From assembly GCF_000009045.1 (NCBI RefSeq), contig NC_000964.3:620001-684000 (forward strand): a DNA stretch of 64,000 bases, in the 5' to 3' direction. Under the pieces are notes generated by a model, which saw only the letters and a list, made by a program, of their open reading frames with translations, did no database searches and was not told the DNA's origin. Shown in pieces: positions 24,549-36,512 of this stretch. Position 1 is the first letter of the stretch. The number at the start of each line of letters is the position of its first letter. The translations under genes were made by a program, and so were the position numbers. This DNA comes from Bacillus subtilis subsp. subtilis str. 168. Lineage in GTDB: Bacteria > Bacillota > Bacilli > Bacillales > Bacillaceae.

Positions 24549-26456
24549 TTCTTCCCATTCGGACAAAAGAGATTCCAGCTCCTGATTAAGCTTCTCATTG
24601 TCTGCATGGATAGCTTGTACTTTTTCATGATCCTGATAGACTTCAGGGTCACATAGCAATTCATCATTGCGGCTGATGTTCTCCTCAATGGTTTGAACGG
24701 TGGTTTCAATTTCTTCAATCCGACGGAGTCGTTGGCGCTCTTTCTTTTTCCATTCTTTTTCTTCCTCGTAGGAACGTTTGGAGTCAGACTTCACTGTAGC
24801 TGGCGTTTTATCAGTTTCCTCTTGCTGATTCATTTTCTCCAATTCAAGCTGCTCTGTTTTTTTCTCTGTATAATAATCGTAATCTCCCAGATACTCCTCT
24901 ATATGGCTTGAAGAAAGCTCCAATACTCTTGTGGCGATTCTGTTAATAAAATATCTGTCATGTGAGACAAATAACAGTGTGCCTGGATAATCAATCAGCG
25001 CGTTTTCGAGAACTTCTTTGCTGTCTAAATCCAGATGGTTCGTCGGTTCATCAAGGATGAGAAAGTTGGCTTTTTGAAGCATCAGCTTAGCTAGAGCCAA
25101 TCTTGCTTTTTCGCCTCCGCTCAGTGAATGAACTGGTTTCAGCACATCATCTCCGGAGAATAAGAAATTTCCGAGACACGTTCTGATTTCTTTTTCTGGG
25201 AGCCCGGGGTACTCGTCCCACAGCTCATCAAGGACACGTTTAGAGGAAGTCAACTCAGCCTGTTCCTGGTCATAATAGCCGACACTGACATTTGAGCCGT
25301 AAGAAATTGTTCCCTGATCTGGTTTTAGGGTGTCTATTAATGTTTTCAGCAATGTCGATTTACCTATTCCGTTAGGGCCGACAAGCGCAGCGCTTTCTCC
25401 TCTTGTGAGCATGAATGACACTTCTGTTAAAAGCGGCGGCTGGTTTTCATAGCTGATTGTGAGATCCTGAACACGAAGGACTTCATTTCCGCTCTGTTTT
25501 GTAATATCAAAATGAAAGTTTGCGGATTTTTCATCGCCAAGCGGTTTTGACATGACATCCATTCGCTCAAGCTGCTTTCTGCGGCTTTGCGCCCTTTTGG
25601 TGGTAGAGGCTCTCGCCAGATTTCGATCTACGAAGTCCTGCAGCTTTGCAATCTCGTCCTGCTGCTTTTCATACATTTTCAGATCTTTTTCATACTGCGC
25701 GGCTTTTTGGTCGAGATAAGCGCTGTAGTTGCCGTGATACTTTTTGCTTTCTGCTCTTGATACCTCGTATACCTGGTTTACTACTTTGTCCAAAAAGTAG
25801 CGGTCATGCGAAACGATGAGAATGGCGCCTGAATAGCCTTGTAAATAATGCTCAAGCCAGGTAAGCGTATCAATATCCAGATGGTTTGTCGGCTCATCAA
25901 GAATGAGCAAATCAGGCTGTGTTAATAGAAGCTTACCTAAAGCCAGTCTTGTTTTCTGGCCTCCGCTGAGGCTTTGAACCTGTGTAGAATCGTCAAAATG
26001 GCTGAAGCCGAGACCATGCAGCACAGATCTAACATCCGCTTCATATTGATAACCGCCTTTATCTTTGAATTCCTGCTGAAGACGGTCGTAGGTTTTCATG
26101 ATGCTTTCTAATTCACCCGGGTCAGCTGCCGCCATTTTTTCTTCCATAGCCCGCATTTCCTTTTCCATTGCTTTTAAGTGGTCAAAAACAGTCAGCAGCT
26201 CTTCTTTTATGGTAAGCTTAGAATCCAAGCCAGTATGCTGGGCGAGATATCCCATTGTAATATCTTTCGGTTTAATAATTTCGCCCTTTTCATACGAAAG
26301 CTGGCCTGCGATAATTTTAAGGAGCGTGGATTTTCCGGCGCCATTTCTTCCTACAATGGCGATGCGATCACGATTTCTGACTTCCAGCTTTATATTGTTT
26401 AAAATAGTATCAGCACCAAATGATTTGGACAGCTGATTAACTTGTAAGATCATCAT
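24528..26456 (-). CDS. ydiF: ABC-F ribosome-associated ATPase
   Basis: Two ABC cassettes (GRNGAGKST/LSGGQ/DEPTNHLD and GPNGIGKST/LSGGE/DEPTNHLD), no TM segments, C-terminal coiled coil. Confidence 0.95.
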   Translation of the reverse strand: MMILQVNQLSKSFGADTILNNIKLEVRNRDRIAIVGRNGAGKSTLLKIIAGQLSYEKGEIIKPKDITMGYLAQHTGLDSKLTIKEELLTVFDHLKAMEKEMRAMEEKMAAADPGELESIMKTYDRLQQEFKDKGGYQYEADVRSVLHGLGFSHFDDSTQVQSLSGGQKTRLALGKLLLTQPDLLILDEPTNHLDIDTLTWLEHYLQGYSGAILIVSHDRYFLDKVVNQVYEVSRAESKKYHGNYSAYLDQKAAQYEKDLKMYEKQQDEIAKLQDFVDRNLARASTTKRAQSRRKQLERMDVMSKPLGDEKSANFHFDITKQSGNEVLRVQDLTISYENQPPLLTEVSFMLTRGESAALVGPNGIGKSTLLKTLIDTLKPDQGTISYGSNVSVGYYDQEQAELTSSKRVLDELWDEYPGLPEKEIRTCLGNFLFSGDDVLKPVHSLSGGEKARLALAKLMLQKANFLILDEPTNHLDLDSKEVLENALIDYPGTLLFVSHDRYFINRIATRVLELSSSHIEEYLGDYDYYTEKKTEQLELEKMNQQEETDKTPATVKSDSKRSYEEEKEWKKKERQRLRRIEEIETTVQTIEENISRNDELLCDPEVYQDHEKVQAIHADNEKLNQELESLLSEWEELSTEED

Positions 26457-26581
26457 ATTATTTCACCTCTGCTATAATAAGTTAAGTGTAGCTTATGAAC
26501 CAGAAGTCAGCAAACAATACATTGGCCATATAAGACATAGAGAAGAAAATAGTGTATGATCTGTTTAAGGAGCGTTTTAAT

Positions 26582-27094
26582 ATGAATGGATTTTCTCATT
26601 TTAATGAACAGGGCAGAGCCCAGATGGTGGATATTAGCGAAAAATCTTCGACTGTCCGTACTGCGGCGGCTGTTTCAAGCGTACACATGAAGAATGAAGT
26701 GTACGAGAAAATACAAAGTCACGATATCGGCAAAGGAGATGTACTGGCTGTCGCACAGGTGGCAGGCATTATGGCCGCAAAGCAAACGTCGAATATCATT
26801 CCGATGTGCCATCCGCTTTCATTGAGCGGGGTAGATATATCGTTTGACTGGAAAATAAAAGAAGCAGAAGTTATACTTCATATAAAAGCACAGGTCAAAA
26901 CGAAAGGGAGTACAGGTGTGGAAATGGAAGCGCTCACTTCTGCATCGGTGTGCGCTCTTACCGTTTACGATATGTGCAAGGCCCTTGATAAGGGAATGGT
27001 CATCGGCCCTACTTTCTTGCTGGAGAAGACAGGCGGGAAAAACGGTGACTTTAAAAGAGAACTATCCGAGTATAATTTGGAGGACCAAAAATGA
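26582..27094 (+). CDS. moaC: cyclic pyranopterin monophosphate synthase
   Basis: [26 protein letters not shown] and KTGGKNG motifs. Confidence 0.95.
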   Translation: MNGFSHFNEQGRAQMVDISEKSSTVRTAAAVSSVHMKNEVYEKIQSHDIGKGDVLAVAQVAGIMAAKQTSNIIPMCHPLSLSGVDISFDWKIKEAEVILHIKAQVKTKGSTGVEMEALTSASVCALTVYDMCKALDKGMVIGPTFLLEKTGGKNGDFKRELSEYNLEDQK

Positions 27095-27738
27095 ATAAGG
27101 ATCAATCAAAAATTCCGCAGGCGACGGCGAAACGGCTGCCGCTTTACTATCGCTTTTTAAAGAATCTGCATGCGTCAGGAAAACAGCGTGTATCATCCGC
27201 TGAACTCAGTGATGCCGTAAAGGTTGATTCTGCCACGATTCGGAGGGATTTTTCCTATTTTGGAGCTCTTGGCAAAAAAGGATACGGATATAATGTGGAT
27301 TATTTGCTGTCTTTTTTCCGGAAAACGCTTGATCAGGATGAGATGACAGACGTCATCTTGATTGGTGTCGGGAACTTGGGAACGGCATTTCTTCACTATA
27401 ATTTCACAAAAAACAATAACACAAAAATTTCTATGGCTTTTGATATAAATGAGAGTAAAATAGGAACTGAGGTAGGCGGCGTGCCCGTCTATAACCTTGA
27501 TGACCTTGAACAACACGTAAAAGATGAATCAGTTGCCATTCTTACAGTGCCAGCAGTTGCCGCTCAATCCATTACAGACAGATTGGTCGCATTAGGAATC
27601 AAGGGAATCCTTAATTTTACGCCGGCCCGTTTGAATGTGCCGGAACACATTCGAATTCATCATATAGATTTAGCAGTTGAGCTTCAGTCACTGGTTTATT
27701 TTTTGAAGCATTATTCAGTTTTAGAGGAAATCGAATAG
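27091..27738 (+). CDS. rex: redox-sensing repressor Rex
   Basis: [16 protein letters not shown] and GVGNLG motifs. Confidence 0.97.
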   Translation: MNKDQSKIPQATAKRLPLYYRFLKNLHASGKQRVSSAELSDAVKVDSATIRRDFSYFGALGKKGYGYNVDYLLSFFRKTLDQDEMTDVILIGVGNLGTAFLHYNFTKNNNTKISMAFDINESKIGTEVGGVPVYNLDDLEQHVKDESVAILTVPAVAAQSITDRLVALGIKGILNFTPARLNVPEHIRIHHIDLAVELQSLVYFLKHYSVLEEIE

Positions 27739-27759
27739 AGGGAAAGGAGGAGCCCAAAT

Positions 27760-27933
27760 ATGCCGATCGGTCCTGGAAGCCTTGCTGTTATCGCAATCGT
27801 TGCTCTGATTATCTTCGGTCCCAAAAAGCTGCCTGAATTGGGGAAAGCAGCGGGAGACACACTTCGTGAATTTAAAAACGCTACTAAAGGATTAACGAGT
27901 GATGAAGAGGAAAAAAAGAAAGAAGATCAGTAA
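27760..27933 (+). CDS. tatAY: Tat translocase TatAy (57 aa, below the ORF-track cutoff)
   Basis: Hand translation [32 protein letters not shown]...KKEDQ; FGP hinge; AAAGGAGG RBS. Confidence 0.95.
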   Translation: MPIGPGSLAVIAIVALIIFGPKKLPELGKAAGDTLREFKNATKGLTSDEEEKKKEDQ

Positions 27934-27939
27934 GTTAGG

Positions 27940-28704
27940 ATGACACGAATGAAAGTGAATCAAATGTCGCTGCTGGAGCATATTGCTGAGCTTCGAAAAC
28001 GGTTGCTGATTGTAGCGCTGGCGTTTGTCGTTTTCTTTATTGCTGGATTTTTTTTAGCAAAGCCGATTATTGTGTATCTGCAAGAAACAGATGAAGCGAA
28101 GCAGCTTACGCTTAACGCGTTTAACCTGACAGACCCGCTTTATGTGTTTATGCAATTTGCGTTTATCATCGGCATAGTCTTGACCTCGCCGGTTATTCTT
28201 TATCAGCTTTGGGCTTTTGTGAGCCCGGGCCTCTATGAGAAAGAGCGCAAAGTAACGCTCAGCTACATTCCGGTCTCTATTTTGCTGTTTTTAGCGGGCT
28301 TATCTTTTTCATATTATATTTTATTTCCTTTTGTTGTTGATTTTATGAAGCGGATTTCTCAGGACTTGAATGTCAATCAGGTGATCGGAATTAATGAATA
28401 TTTTCATTTTCTTCTGCAGCTGACGATTCCGTTTGGACTGCTGTTCCAAATGCCGGTCATCCTCATGTTTTTGACAAGGCTCGGAATTGTGACACCGATG
28501 TTCTTGGCGAAAATCAGAAAGTATGCGTATTTTACGCTGCTGGTGATCGCAGCCCTGATTACACCGCCTGAGCTTCTGTCCCATATGATGGTCACAGTCC
28601 CGCTTTTGATTTTATATGAAATCAGTATCCTTATATCGAAGGCCGCTTATCGGAAAGCACAGAAAAGCAGTGCTGCCGATCGGGACGTGTCTTCTGGGCA
28701 ATAA
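27940..28704 (+). CDS. tatCY: Tat translocase TatCy
   Basis: LLEHIAELRKRL, FVSPGLYEKE and LFQMP motifs. Confidence 0.96.
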   Translation: MTRMKVNQMSLLEHIAELRKRLLIVALAFVVFFIAGFFLAKPIIVYLQETDEAKQLTLNAFNLTDPLYVFMQFAFIIGIVLTSPVILYQLWAFVSPGLYEKERKVTLSYIPVSILLFLAGLSFSYYILFPFVVDFMKRISQDLNVNQVIGINEYFHFLLQLTIPFGLLFQMPVILMFLTRLGIVTPMFLAKIRKYAYFTLLVIAALITPPELLSHMMVTVPLLILYEISILISKAAYRKAQKSSAADRDVSSGQ

Positions 28705-28705
28705 T

Positions 28706-28742
28706 AAAAAATCCATTTCTCATGCGAGAAATGGATTTTCTT
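28706..28742. terminator. bidirectional terminator tatCY/ydiK
   Basis: AAAATCCATTTCTC-atgc-GAGAAATGGATTTT. Confidence 0.8.
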
Positions 28743-28933
28743 TATTTTTGGTTCTTTTTGATTTTAAATGAAAAGGCGAACATCTTAAAAGAAATGCTGA
28801 TGTTGTAAGCGGCGAACACCATCAGCAGGATGGAGTAAAATGACCACATGCTGCCTGGCGAGCTTGCGGCAAGATAAGTAAAGATGCACCCTACGGCAAA
28901 GTAGATCATTCCCCAAACTACCGGGTTTCTCAT
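28742..28933 (-). CDS. ydiK: small membrane protein YdiK
   Basis: 63 aa with two hydrophobic segments; start overlaps the ydiL stop. Confidence 0.8.
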   Translation of the reverse strand: MRNPVVWGMIYFAVGCIFTYLAASSPGSMWSFYSILLMVFAAYNISISFKMFAFSFKIKKNQK

Positions 28934-29664
28934 AAAAATAATCCTCCAATAATCAATTGCATTTGTGTGCTCTGCTGTTCAAGGTAATTACGAACAGGCT
29001 CAAGCTGCATGATGACGACGAATGTATTCATCATTAAATGGGCGAAAATCGGCACCCATATCCGTTTTGTTCTCGCATATAAAAAGGCAAAGGTAAAGCC
29101 CATTGCTGTATATAGAAGGAGATGCTTCAAATCAGCGTGAACAATACCGAAGATAACCGAGCTGATCAGTCCTGCGAAAAAGAAATTCGTTTTTTCGTAC
29201 AGCGCGCCGAAAATGATTTTTCTGAAGATGATTTCTTCTAATATAGGCCCGACGATGGAAGAAACGATAATCATGAGCGGGACTGCCTGAATGACATCCA
29301 GAATCGCTTGTGTATTTTCTGATTCTCTTCCGATGCCAAAAACATAATATTCAATAGAGCCTGCTATTCCTTGAGAGAAAAGGGCAATGAAAAAACCGGC
29401 TATCGCCCAAAGGATAGAAAGTCCGATTGAGTCCTTCTGTCCGTTTCGCAGCGTTTCTTTCGGAACGGTTCTCAGAATGAGCAGAACAACAACGAGACAG
29501 GCGATAAAGCTGATAACGGACCATAATCCTTGTGCATGCAGCATATTTTCATCTGTAGGCTGTCCTCCGGCATAACCGAATTTAAATAACAAGGGAATCG
29601 CGATTAATGCGGAAAACTGCATGATGATATATGTCAAAATAATAAACCAATACTGTTTTCTCAA
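28930..29664 (-). CDS. ydiL: CPBP/CAAX-family intramembrane protease
   Basis: GPILEEIIFR, FGIVH and AHLMMN motifs. Confidence 0.9.
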   Translation of the reverse strand: MRKQYWFIILTYIIMQFSALIAIPLLFKFGYAGGQPTDENMLHAQGLWSVISFIACLVVVLLILRTVPKETLRNGQKDSIGLSILWAIAGFFIALFSQGIAGSIEYYVFGIGRESENTQAILDVIQAVPLMIIVSSIVGPILEEIIFRKIIFGALYEKTNFFFAGLISSVIFGIVHADLKHLLLYTAMGFTFAFLYARTKRIWVPIFAHLMMNTFVVIMQLEPVRNYLEQQSTQMQLIIGGLFL

Positions 29665-29801
29665 ATGGTATGTACTCCTTTGTTAAGTGGGTTTCGTTCA
29701 TCTACAGCTATTGTAACATAATCGGTACGGGGGTGAAAAAGCTAACGGAAAAGGGAGCGGAAAAGAATGATGTAAGCGTGAAAAATTTTTTATCTTATCA
29801 C

Positions 29802-29867
29802 TTGAAATTGGAAGGGAGATTCTTTATTATAAGAATTGTGTTAGCACTCTTTAGTGCTGAGTGCTAA
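29802..29867 (+). promoter_or_regulatory. groE SigA promoter plus CIRCE (HrcA operator)
   Basis: TTGAAA-17-TATTAT; TTAGCACTC-N9-GAGTGCTAA at 29841-29867. Confidence 0.97.
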
Positions 29868-29902
29868 AATTACATATTCATACTATTGAGGAGGTTATTT
29901 CA

Positions 29903-30187
29903 TTGTTAAAGCCATTAGGTGATCGCGTTGTCATTGAACTCGTAGAATCTGAAGAAAAAACTGCCAGCGGAATTGTGTTGCCGGATTCTGCAAAAGAAAA
30001 ACCGCAAGAAGGCAAAATCGTGGCAGCTGGTTCAGGTCGCGTGTTAGAAAGCGGAGAGCGCGTTGCTTTAGAAGTAAAAGAGGGCGACCGCATTATCTTC
30101 TCAAAATACGCAGGTACTGAAGTGAAATACGAAGGTACTGAATACTTAATCTTACGTGAAAGCGACATTTTAGCTGTTATCGGCTAA
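29903..30187 (+). CDS. groES: co-chaperonin GroES
   Basis: TTG at 29903 after GAGGAGG; LKPLGDRV and TASGIVLP motifs. Confidence 0.98.
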   Translation: MLKPLGDRVVIELVESEEKTASGIVLPDSAKEKPQEGKIVAAGSGRVLESGERVALEVKEGDRIIFSKYAGTEVKYEGTEYLILRESDILAVIG

Positions 30188-30218
30188 TTCTTAAATAAAC
30201 AATACTTAAAACATTTGA

Positions 30219-31868
<1,650 letters not shown>

Positions 31869-31955
31869 TAAAGGGATATTAACCCTTATACATCAATGTT
31901 TTAACCGTCTTAAAAAACTAGACAAAGCGTGAATAAAAAAAGAGAAGGTCTTTCA

Positions 31956-33047
31956 TCAGTTTACTAAACTGTTGGGAGACCTTTTCTCCATATTAGCGGT
32001 CATATGAGCATAAATGTCCATCGTCGTATTTATGTCCGAATGACCAAATTGTTGCTGGATTTCTTTAATGCCTACTCCTGCCTCAATTAGTAAGGAGGTA
32101 TGGGTATGCCTAAAAGAGTGGGGGGTGACATTCTTTTTATCCCAGCTTTTTTGAGCAGCCGTTTAAGTCTAGTCTCAATAACCTTTCTTAATTGCGGATG
32201 ACCATCCTCCCGCTCAAAAATAAATGATGAGTCTTGATAAATCAATCTATTTTTAAGCTTAATTTCATTTTGATAAATTTTATTTTTTTTTAGTAGATTG
32301 ACATCGTTTCATCAATTCGAACGATATCAACAGATCCTGTTGTTTTAGGTGTTAGCAATTGGTATTTTTCAATTTGATTGTTAGGGGTGTATAGGGTCTT
32401 TGTGACCTGGCTTATCATTGAAATCTGTCCATTTTAAAGCAAGAAGTTCACCAATTCTTAGGTCGGTCTAGGCAAGTACGGTAAAGACCAAATGGTCCAT
32501 TTCTAGCCCGTCAGATTGAGCGAGCTTTAGAAAATGTGTCAGCACCTCTTTTTCCAATGCTTTGTTGCTTCTTGGGTAATTGAAAATCCCCAGTTGGGTT
32601 CATTTTAATAATCCCTTGAGTTTTAGCTTTTCGGAAAATCATACGGCCGCAGGCATGAATACCTCCCAAACAATTGTGACTGTATTGCTCGTTCAGTTCT
32701 AACGTGCGGTCTTCATACATTTTTTTGTGTTTTGCTAATCGGGTATTGACCCAATACTGCGATAAAATGCATCATTTTCTTTTCACTGGCCCGTACACTG
32801 CTTATTTTTACCCCACTCCGGTTGTAAATCTTAAGCCAACCTTTTGCAAATGTTTTGAAGGGCATATCTGACTCCTTAATAAAAGTCCCGTTGTCGTTTT
32901 GGAGTTCTACGTGACGGGCTGCTACTGGGGCTTCTTTCTTTGTTTTAAATCTTCCTTTGGATATTTCTAGACGTTTTTTGGTTAAAGGGTCAATGCCTAG
33001 TAGATATGATAACTCCACGTCTTACCGCATTGCTTGAGTTTTGCCAT
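31956..33047 (-). pseudogene. ydzT: tyrosine integrase with multiple frameshifts and stops
   Basis: Pieces across frames: MAKLKQCGKTWSYHIY / LGIDPLTKKR...FKTKKEA; FTVLA*TDLRIGELLALKW; LLTPKT; VTPHSFRHTHTSLLIEAG...FGHSDINTTMDIYAH. Confidence 0.9.
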
Positions 33048-33208
33048 TTATTTGTCCCTAACTAATTTTTTTTCATCAAATTGGTCTTTAAGTGAGTTTA
33101 ATAATTTTTGTTTCTCTCGACTGGTCAATAATTGCCCTTCATATTTCAAAAGATTGGATAAATTTGAGATGGAATCAATCCTGATGGATTCTAAAAGCTT
33201 TGTAAATT
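33048..33208 (-). pseudogene. C-terminal stub of a probable repressor gene abutting int
   Basis: Start-less open frame ...LSNLLKYEGQLLTSREKQKLLNSLKDQFDEKKLVRDK* whose TAA directly precedes the int ATG (TAAATG); the repressor identity is inferred from position and resemblance only. Confidence 0.4.
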
Positions 33209-33365
33209 TCTAATTTTATCCTGGCCTACTGTGCAACAGACCTTCTTAATCGAGCCTAATTTTCCATCTATTTGATTGGGGAACAAATGGCTTTTTAACA
33301 AGAAAGAAGTCCAAGAATACATTGATTGGTGGTCAATTGAGGTTAAAAGGAAAAAGAGGGCCTGA
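33184..33365 (+). pseudogene. excisionase-like HTH DNA-binding protein remnant
   Basis: LSWPTVQQTFLIEPNFPSI*LGNKWLFNKKEVQEYIDWW, with internal TGA at 33273-33275 and an upstream frameshift. Confidence 0.55.
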
Positions 33366-33431
33366 TATATCTTTCACTTTCGCCTAACTAGCAAAATTTA
33401 ATAAAACGATAAGCGATGTGAGGTGAAAATT

Positions 33432-34343
33432 ATGCTAAGTGATAATAATTTTGTTTCCGAAACACTGGAGAATGTACAGTATCTATTGCCAGGTGCAAAA
33501 GTAATCAAATTGAGGGGATACAGCAGGGCCCACAAAGTATACACCATTGCAAAATCCCCGGTAGAAAAGTGGAAGGTCGCCGCAGGTTTATCCGGATCAG
33601 AGATAGCAATTCTGATTAGAAAAGGTCATTGGATTGGTGCAAGCATTCCAGCTGGCGGAATTGTCATCGATATTGATGATTCAAAACAGGGAGAGCTAGT
33701 GAAAGGTTTACTAGATGCGCAAAACTTTCATTGTCATTGTATTAGGACCCTAATGGGTGGCAGTTTATTTTTAAGGATAACCAACATGGGGAAAAGAAAA
33801 TTAAACAAATAACCAAATTTTTTACTCAAATAGGTATCATAGTCGATGCTGGGATCGCTGGGGCAGGCTATATTGTTTTCCCAACAAGTAACACTGAGGA
33901 CGATATATAGTAACTAAGAGTCCTAATGAGTTAGATGAAATACCTAATTATCTGAGGCCTGTACGGAATTCTGTTAATGTAAAGGACAACAACACTGGTG
34001 AAAAATATGTATTCCCTGTACCAATCGACAGAGTTGGTAGCAGAAATGATACTTTAAATTTGCTACACATTTGAAAGCCTGGAAGGTGGAACCATACGAA
34101 ATTAGCAAGGCCATGGAATTGATTTATAAATACCTTCTGCTGGATAAAAAAGATTTCTCTTTGGAGGAATTTTATAAACTCACCATATATGCTATCAAAT
34201 GGAAACTGGAACAAGCTCAGTTTCCATTGTATTTAGAATCCACAAAAAAATCGCATCAAAATGTTATTCCCCAGCCGTTTAAGATAAAAGGAAATGTCTT
34301 ATATAAAACGGTAATCAAGAATAGCGGGGACTTTGAAGAATAG
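33432..34343 (+). pseudogene. ydiM: Prim-Pol/PriCT-type primase split across ydiM, an unannotated middle part and ydzU
   Basis: IVIDIDD; frameshift near 33750 gives RT(P)NGWQFIF...GAGYIVFP; GSRNDTL at 34036-34056, then FATHLKAW...EISKAMELI (ORF 34071-34343). Confidence 0.6.
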
Positions 34344-34539
34344 CTCATCATGGCGTGTAGGAGTGATTCACCCTTTTAAGAAACTGTCTAATATCGAAAG
34401 AAACAGTGTTCATTATGAACTAGCCTCAAACGATAACGGACGCGAAAAAAAGGATATAGTTCCTGCTAGTGTTATATCACCAAGCGGGAGTTGCTTTTCA
34501 TTGGCGGATAATGGGCTAGTTGAGAAGGAAGGGCAAAAA

Positions 34540-34906
34540 ATGAAGCTGACAGAGAGACAACGACGCTTTTGTGATTTCTTTACAGAAACTAGAAATACAA
34601 CAGAGGCTACGCGTCTAGCCGGAAACAAAGGGAAAAATCTCAACAGAGTAGCTTCTCAAAACTTGTCAAAACTAGACATTCAAACTATATAGAGCAAAGA
34701 AATAATCAACTAGAAGCGGAGCGCATAGCAAACATTATTGAGGTAAAAATGTTTTGGACAATTATTATACGCGATGGAATAGTTCGGTTAAAGAGCGACT
34801 AAAGGCGTCTGAGTATATTACTAAAACAAATGCGGCCTTCAAGGAATAGATTGAACATACTGGTGAAATTAAAACAGGGAATGAGGAAGAAGCTAAATTC
34901 GAATGA
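34540..34906 (+). pseudogene. ydzV: terminase small subunit remnant (3' half of ORF 34333-34692 plus downstream frames)
   Basis: MKLTERQRRFCDFF...A...ASQNLSKLDIQ / YIEQRNNQLEAERIA...EVKMFWT / KERLKASEYI...IEHTGEI; GAAGGAAGG RBS before ATG 34540. Confidence 0.75.
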
Positions 34907-35222
34907 GAGTGATCTAAGGCTTCTAGAATTGTATATGGAGGTGTGGTAACGTGAGCAAGCTTATATAGAAGGATTAAGTGATCAAGTTTAGTGTAATACT
35001 AGGAATGATAAGGTGTTCATTAACGCACATTACAACTAAAAATACCGTAAATGCCCTCAAGAGGATGATATATCCAAAGCAAAAACCTTCATTCTTTCAT
35101 GAATTTAAAGTATTATATAAGCTACTGAAAAAGTTTTGTATAAAAGGTATAATGATAAAGAACATTCGTTCTTGTATGGGGTACTTTCTCTGAGAATGAA
35201 AATAATGTCTTAGGGTGATATA

Positions 35223-36506
35223 ATGACAAATTTTATTTTAAATGAAAATAAACAGTTATCATTGGCAATTGAAGATGAGAACATAGAAAATTTTTATATA
35301 GATGGTACAGATTTAGTCCGAAAGATAATCCGTAGATCAGGTTCAGGAGTTACATCACGGGTTCCGGTCCTTAGCACCCAAGATTTAGAAAACAAGAACC
35401 TTCATGAATTATACGATGAATCTTGGCTCCGTATGAAAAACAGACCCAATACTGAGCTCACTACTGAGAGTATAAATATTGCGGATTTATTTAGTGGATG
35501 TGGAGGTCTATCCTTAGGGGTTTGGGAGGCATGCCGTGCCCTGGGGATAAATCCAAGATTTTCGTTTGCTTGTGATCTTAACGAAGCTGCCTTATCTGTG
35601 TACGAAAAAAACTTTTCTCCCGATTTTAGCTTGAATGAATCCATCGAAAAACATATTAATGGCGAGTTAGGTGCTCCATTAACTGTTGAAGAGCAAAGAA
35701 TAAAAGATAAGGTGAAAAAAATAGATTTCATTCTAGCAGGTCCTCCTTGCCAAGGGCATTCTGATCTTAATAACCATACTAGACGAAAAGACCCTAGAAA
35801 CGCTTTACTAATGAGAGTAAGTAGAGTTATAGAGTTGTTCCAACCTTCTTCAGTATTAGTGGAGAATGTACCAGGAATTATTCATGATAAATCTGGTTCT
35901 TTTAAAGAATTTAAGAATCATTTAAAGACACAAGGTTATTACTTCGATGAAATCGTACTAAATGCTGAAAAACTAGGTGTTTCACAAGCACGTCGTAGAT
36001 ATTTTATTTTTGCTTCAAAAACTCCTGTATCTTCCTTAAATCAAATAAATGAATTTTATTCAACCAATAGTAGGCCAATTAGTTGGGCAATATCAGATTT
36101 AGTAGAAAATGTAGGTGATGATATATTCAACACTGCTTCCGAGCATTCATTGGAAAACAAAAGGAGAATAGAATATCTTTTTGAAAATAACTTGTTTGAA
36201 TTACCTAATTCAGAAAGACCGGATTGTCATCGGCTAAAACCACATTCATACAAATCTGTGTATGGCAGAATGTATTGGGATAGACCTGCTCCCACTATAA
36301 CCAGAGGGTTTGGATCAACAGGTCAAGGGAGATTTGTTCATTCTTTGTTAAAGAGAACGATAACTCCCCATGAAGCAGCTAGGATTCAGTTCTTCCCGGA
36401 CTTTTTTAACTTTGGTGACCTTCGGAGGAGACAGTATCAAGACGTTATCGGTAATGCTGTGCCTTCCAAACTATCCTATTTATTAGCATTACATCAATTA
36501 AGATAA
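35223..36506 (+). CDS. ydiO: C5-cytosine DNA methyltransferase, BsuM modification subunit 1
   Basis: Motifs I FSGCGG, IV GPPCQ, VI ENV, VIII QARRR, IX-X EAARIQFFP...IGNAVP. Confidence 0.95.
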   Translation: MTNFILNENKQLSLAIEDENIENFYIDGTDLVRKIIRRSGSGVTSRVPVLSTQDLENKNLHELYDESWLRMKNRPNTELTTESINIADLFSGCGGLSLGVWEACRALGINPRFSFACDLNEAALSVYEKNFSPDFSLNESIEKHINGELGAPLTVEEQRIKDKVKKIDFILAGPPCQGHSDLNNHTRRKDPRNALLMRVSRVIELFQPSSVLVENVPGIIHDKSGSFKEFKNHLKTQGYYFDEIVLNAEKLGVSQARRRYFIFASKTPVSSLNQINEFYSTNSRPISWAISDLVENVGDDIFNTASEHSLENKRRIEYLFENNLFELPNSERPDCHRLKPHSYKSVYGRMYWDRPAPTITRGFGSTGQGRFVHSLLKRTITPHEAARIQFFPDFFNFGDLRRRQYQDVIGNAVPSKLSYLLALHQLR

Positions 36507-36512
36507 AAAGAT

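Noticed and set aside
29670-29867. 65-aa ORF upstream of groES, and the 29861 extension of groES
   Set aside because: Overlaps the groE promoter and CIRCE; the RBS supports TTG at 29903
34333-34539. N-terminal half of ORF 34333-34692 as part of TerS
   Set aside because: TerS similarity and a good RBS begin only at ATG 34540; the upstream part looks like a chance in-frame fusion of debris
34978-35193. 71-aa ORF before ydiO (ydiN-like) as an R-M controller protein
   Set aside because: No HTH or C-protein pattern; it spans the AT-rich probable promoter of ydiO; left uncalled
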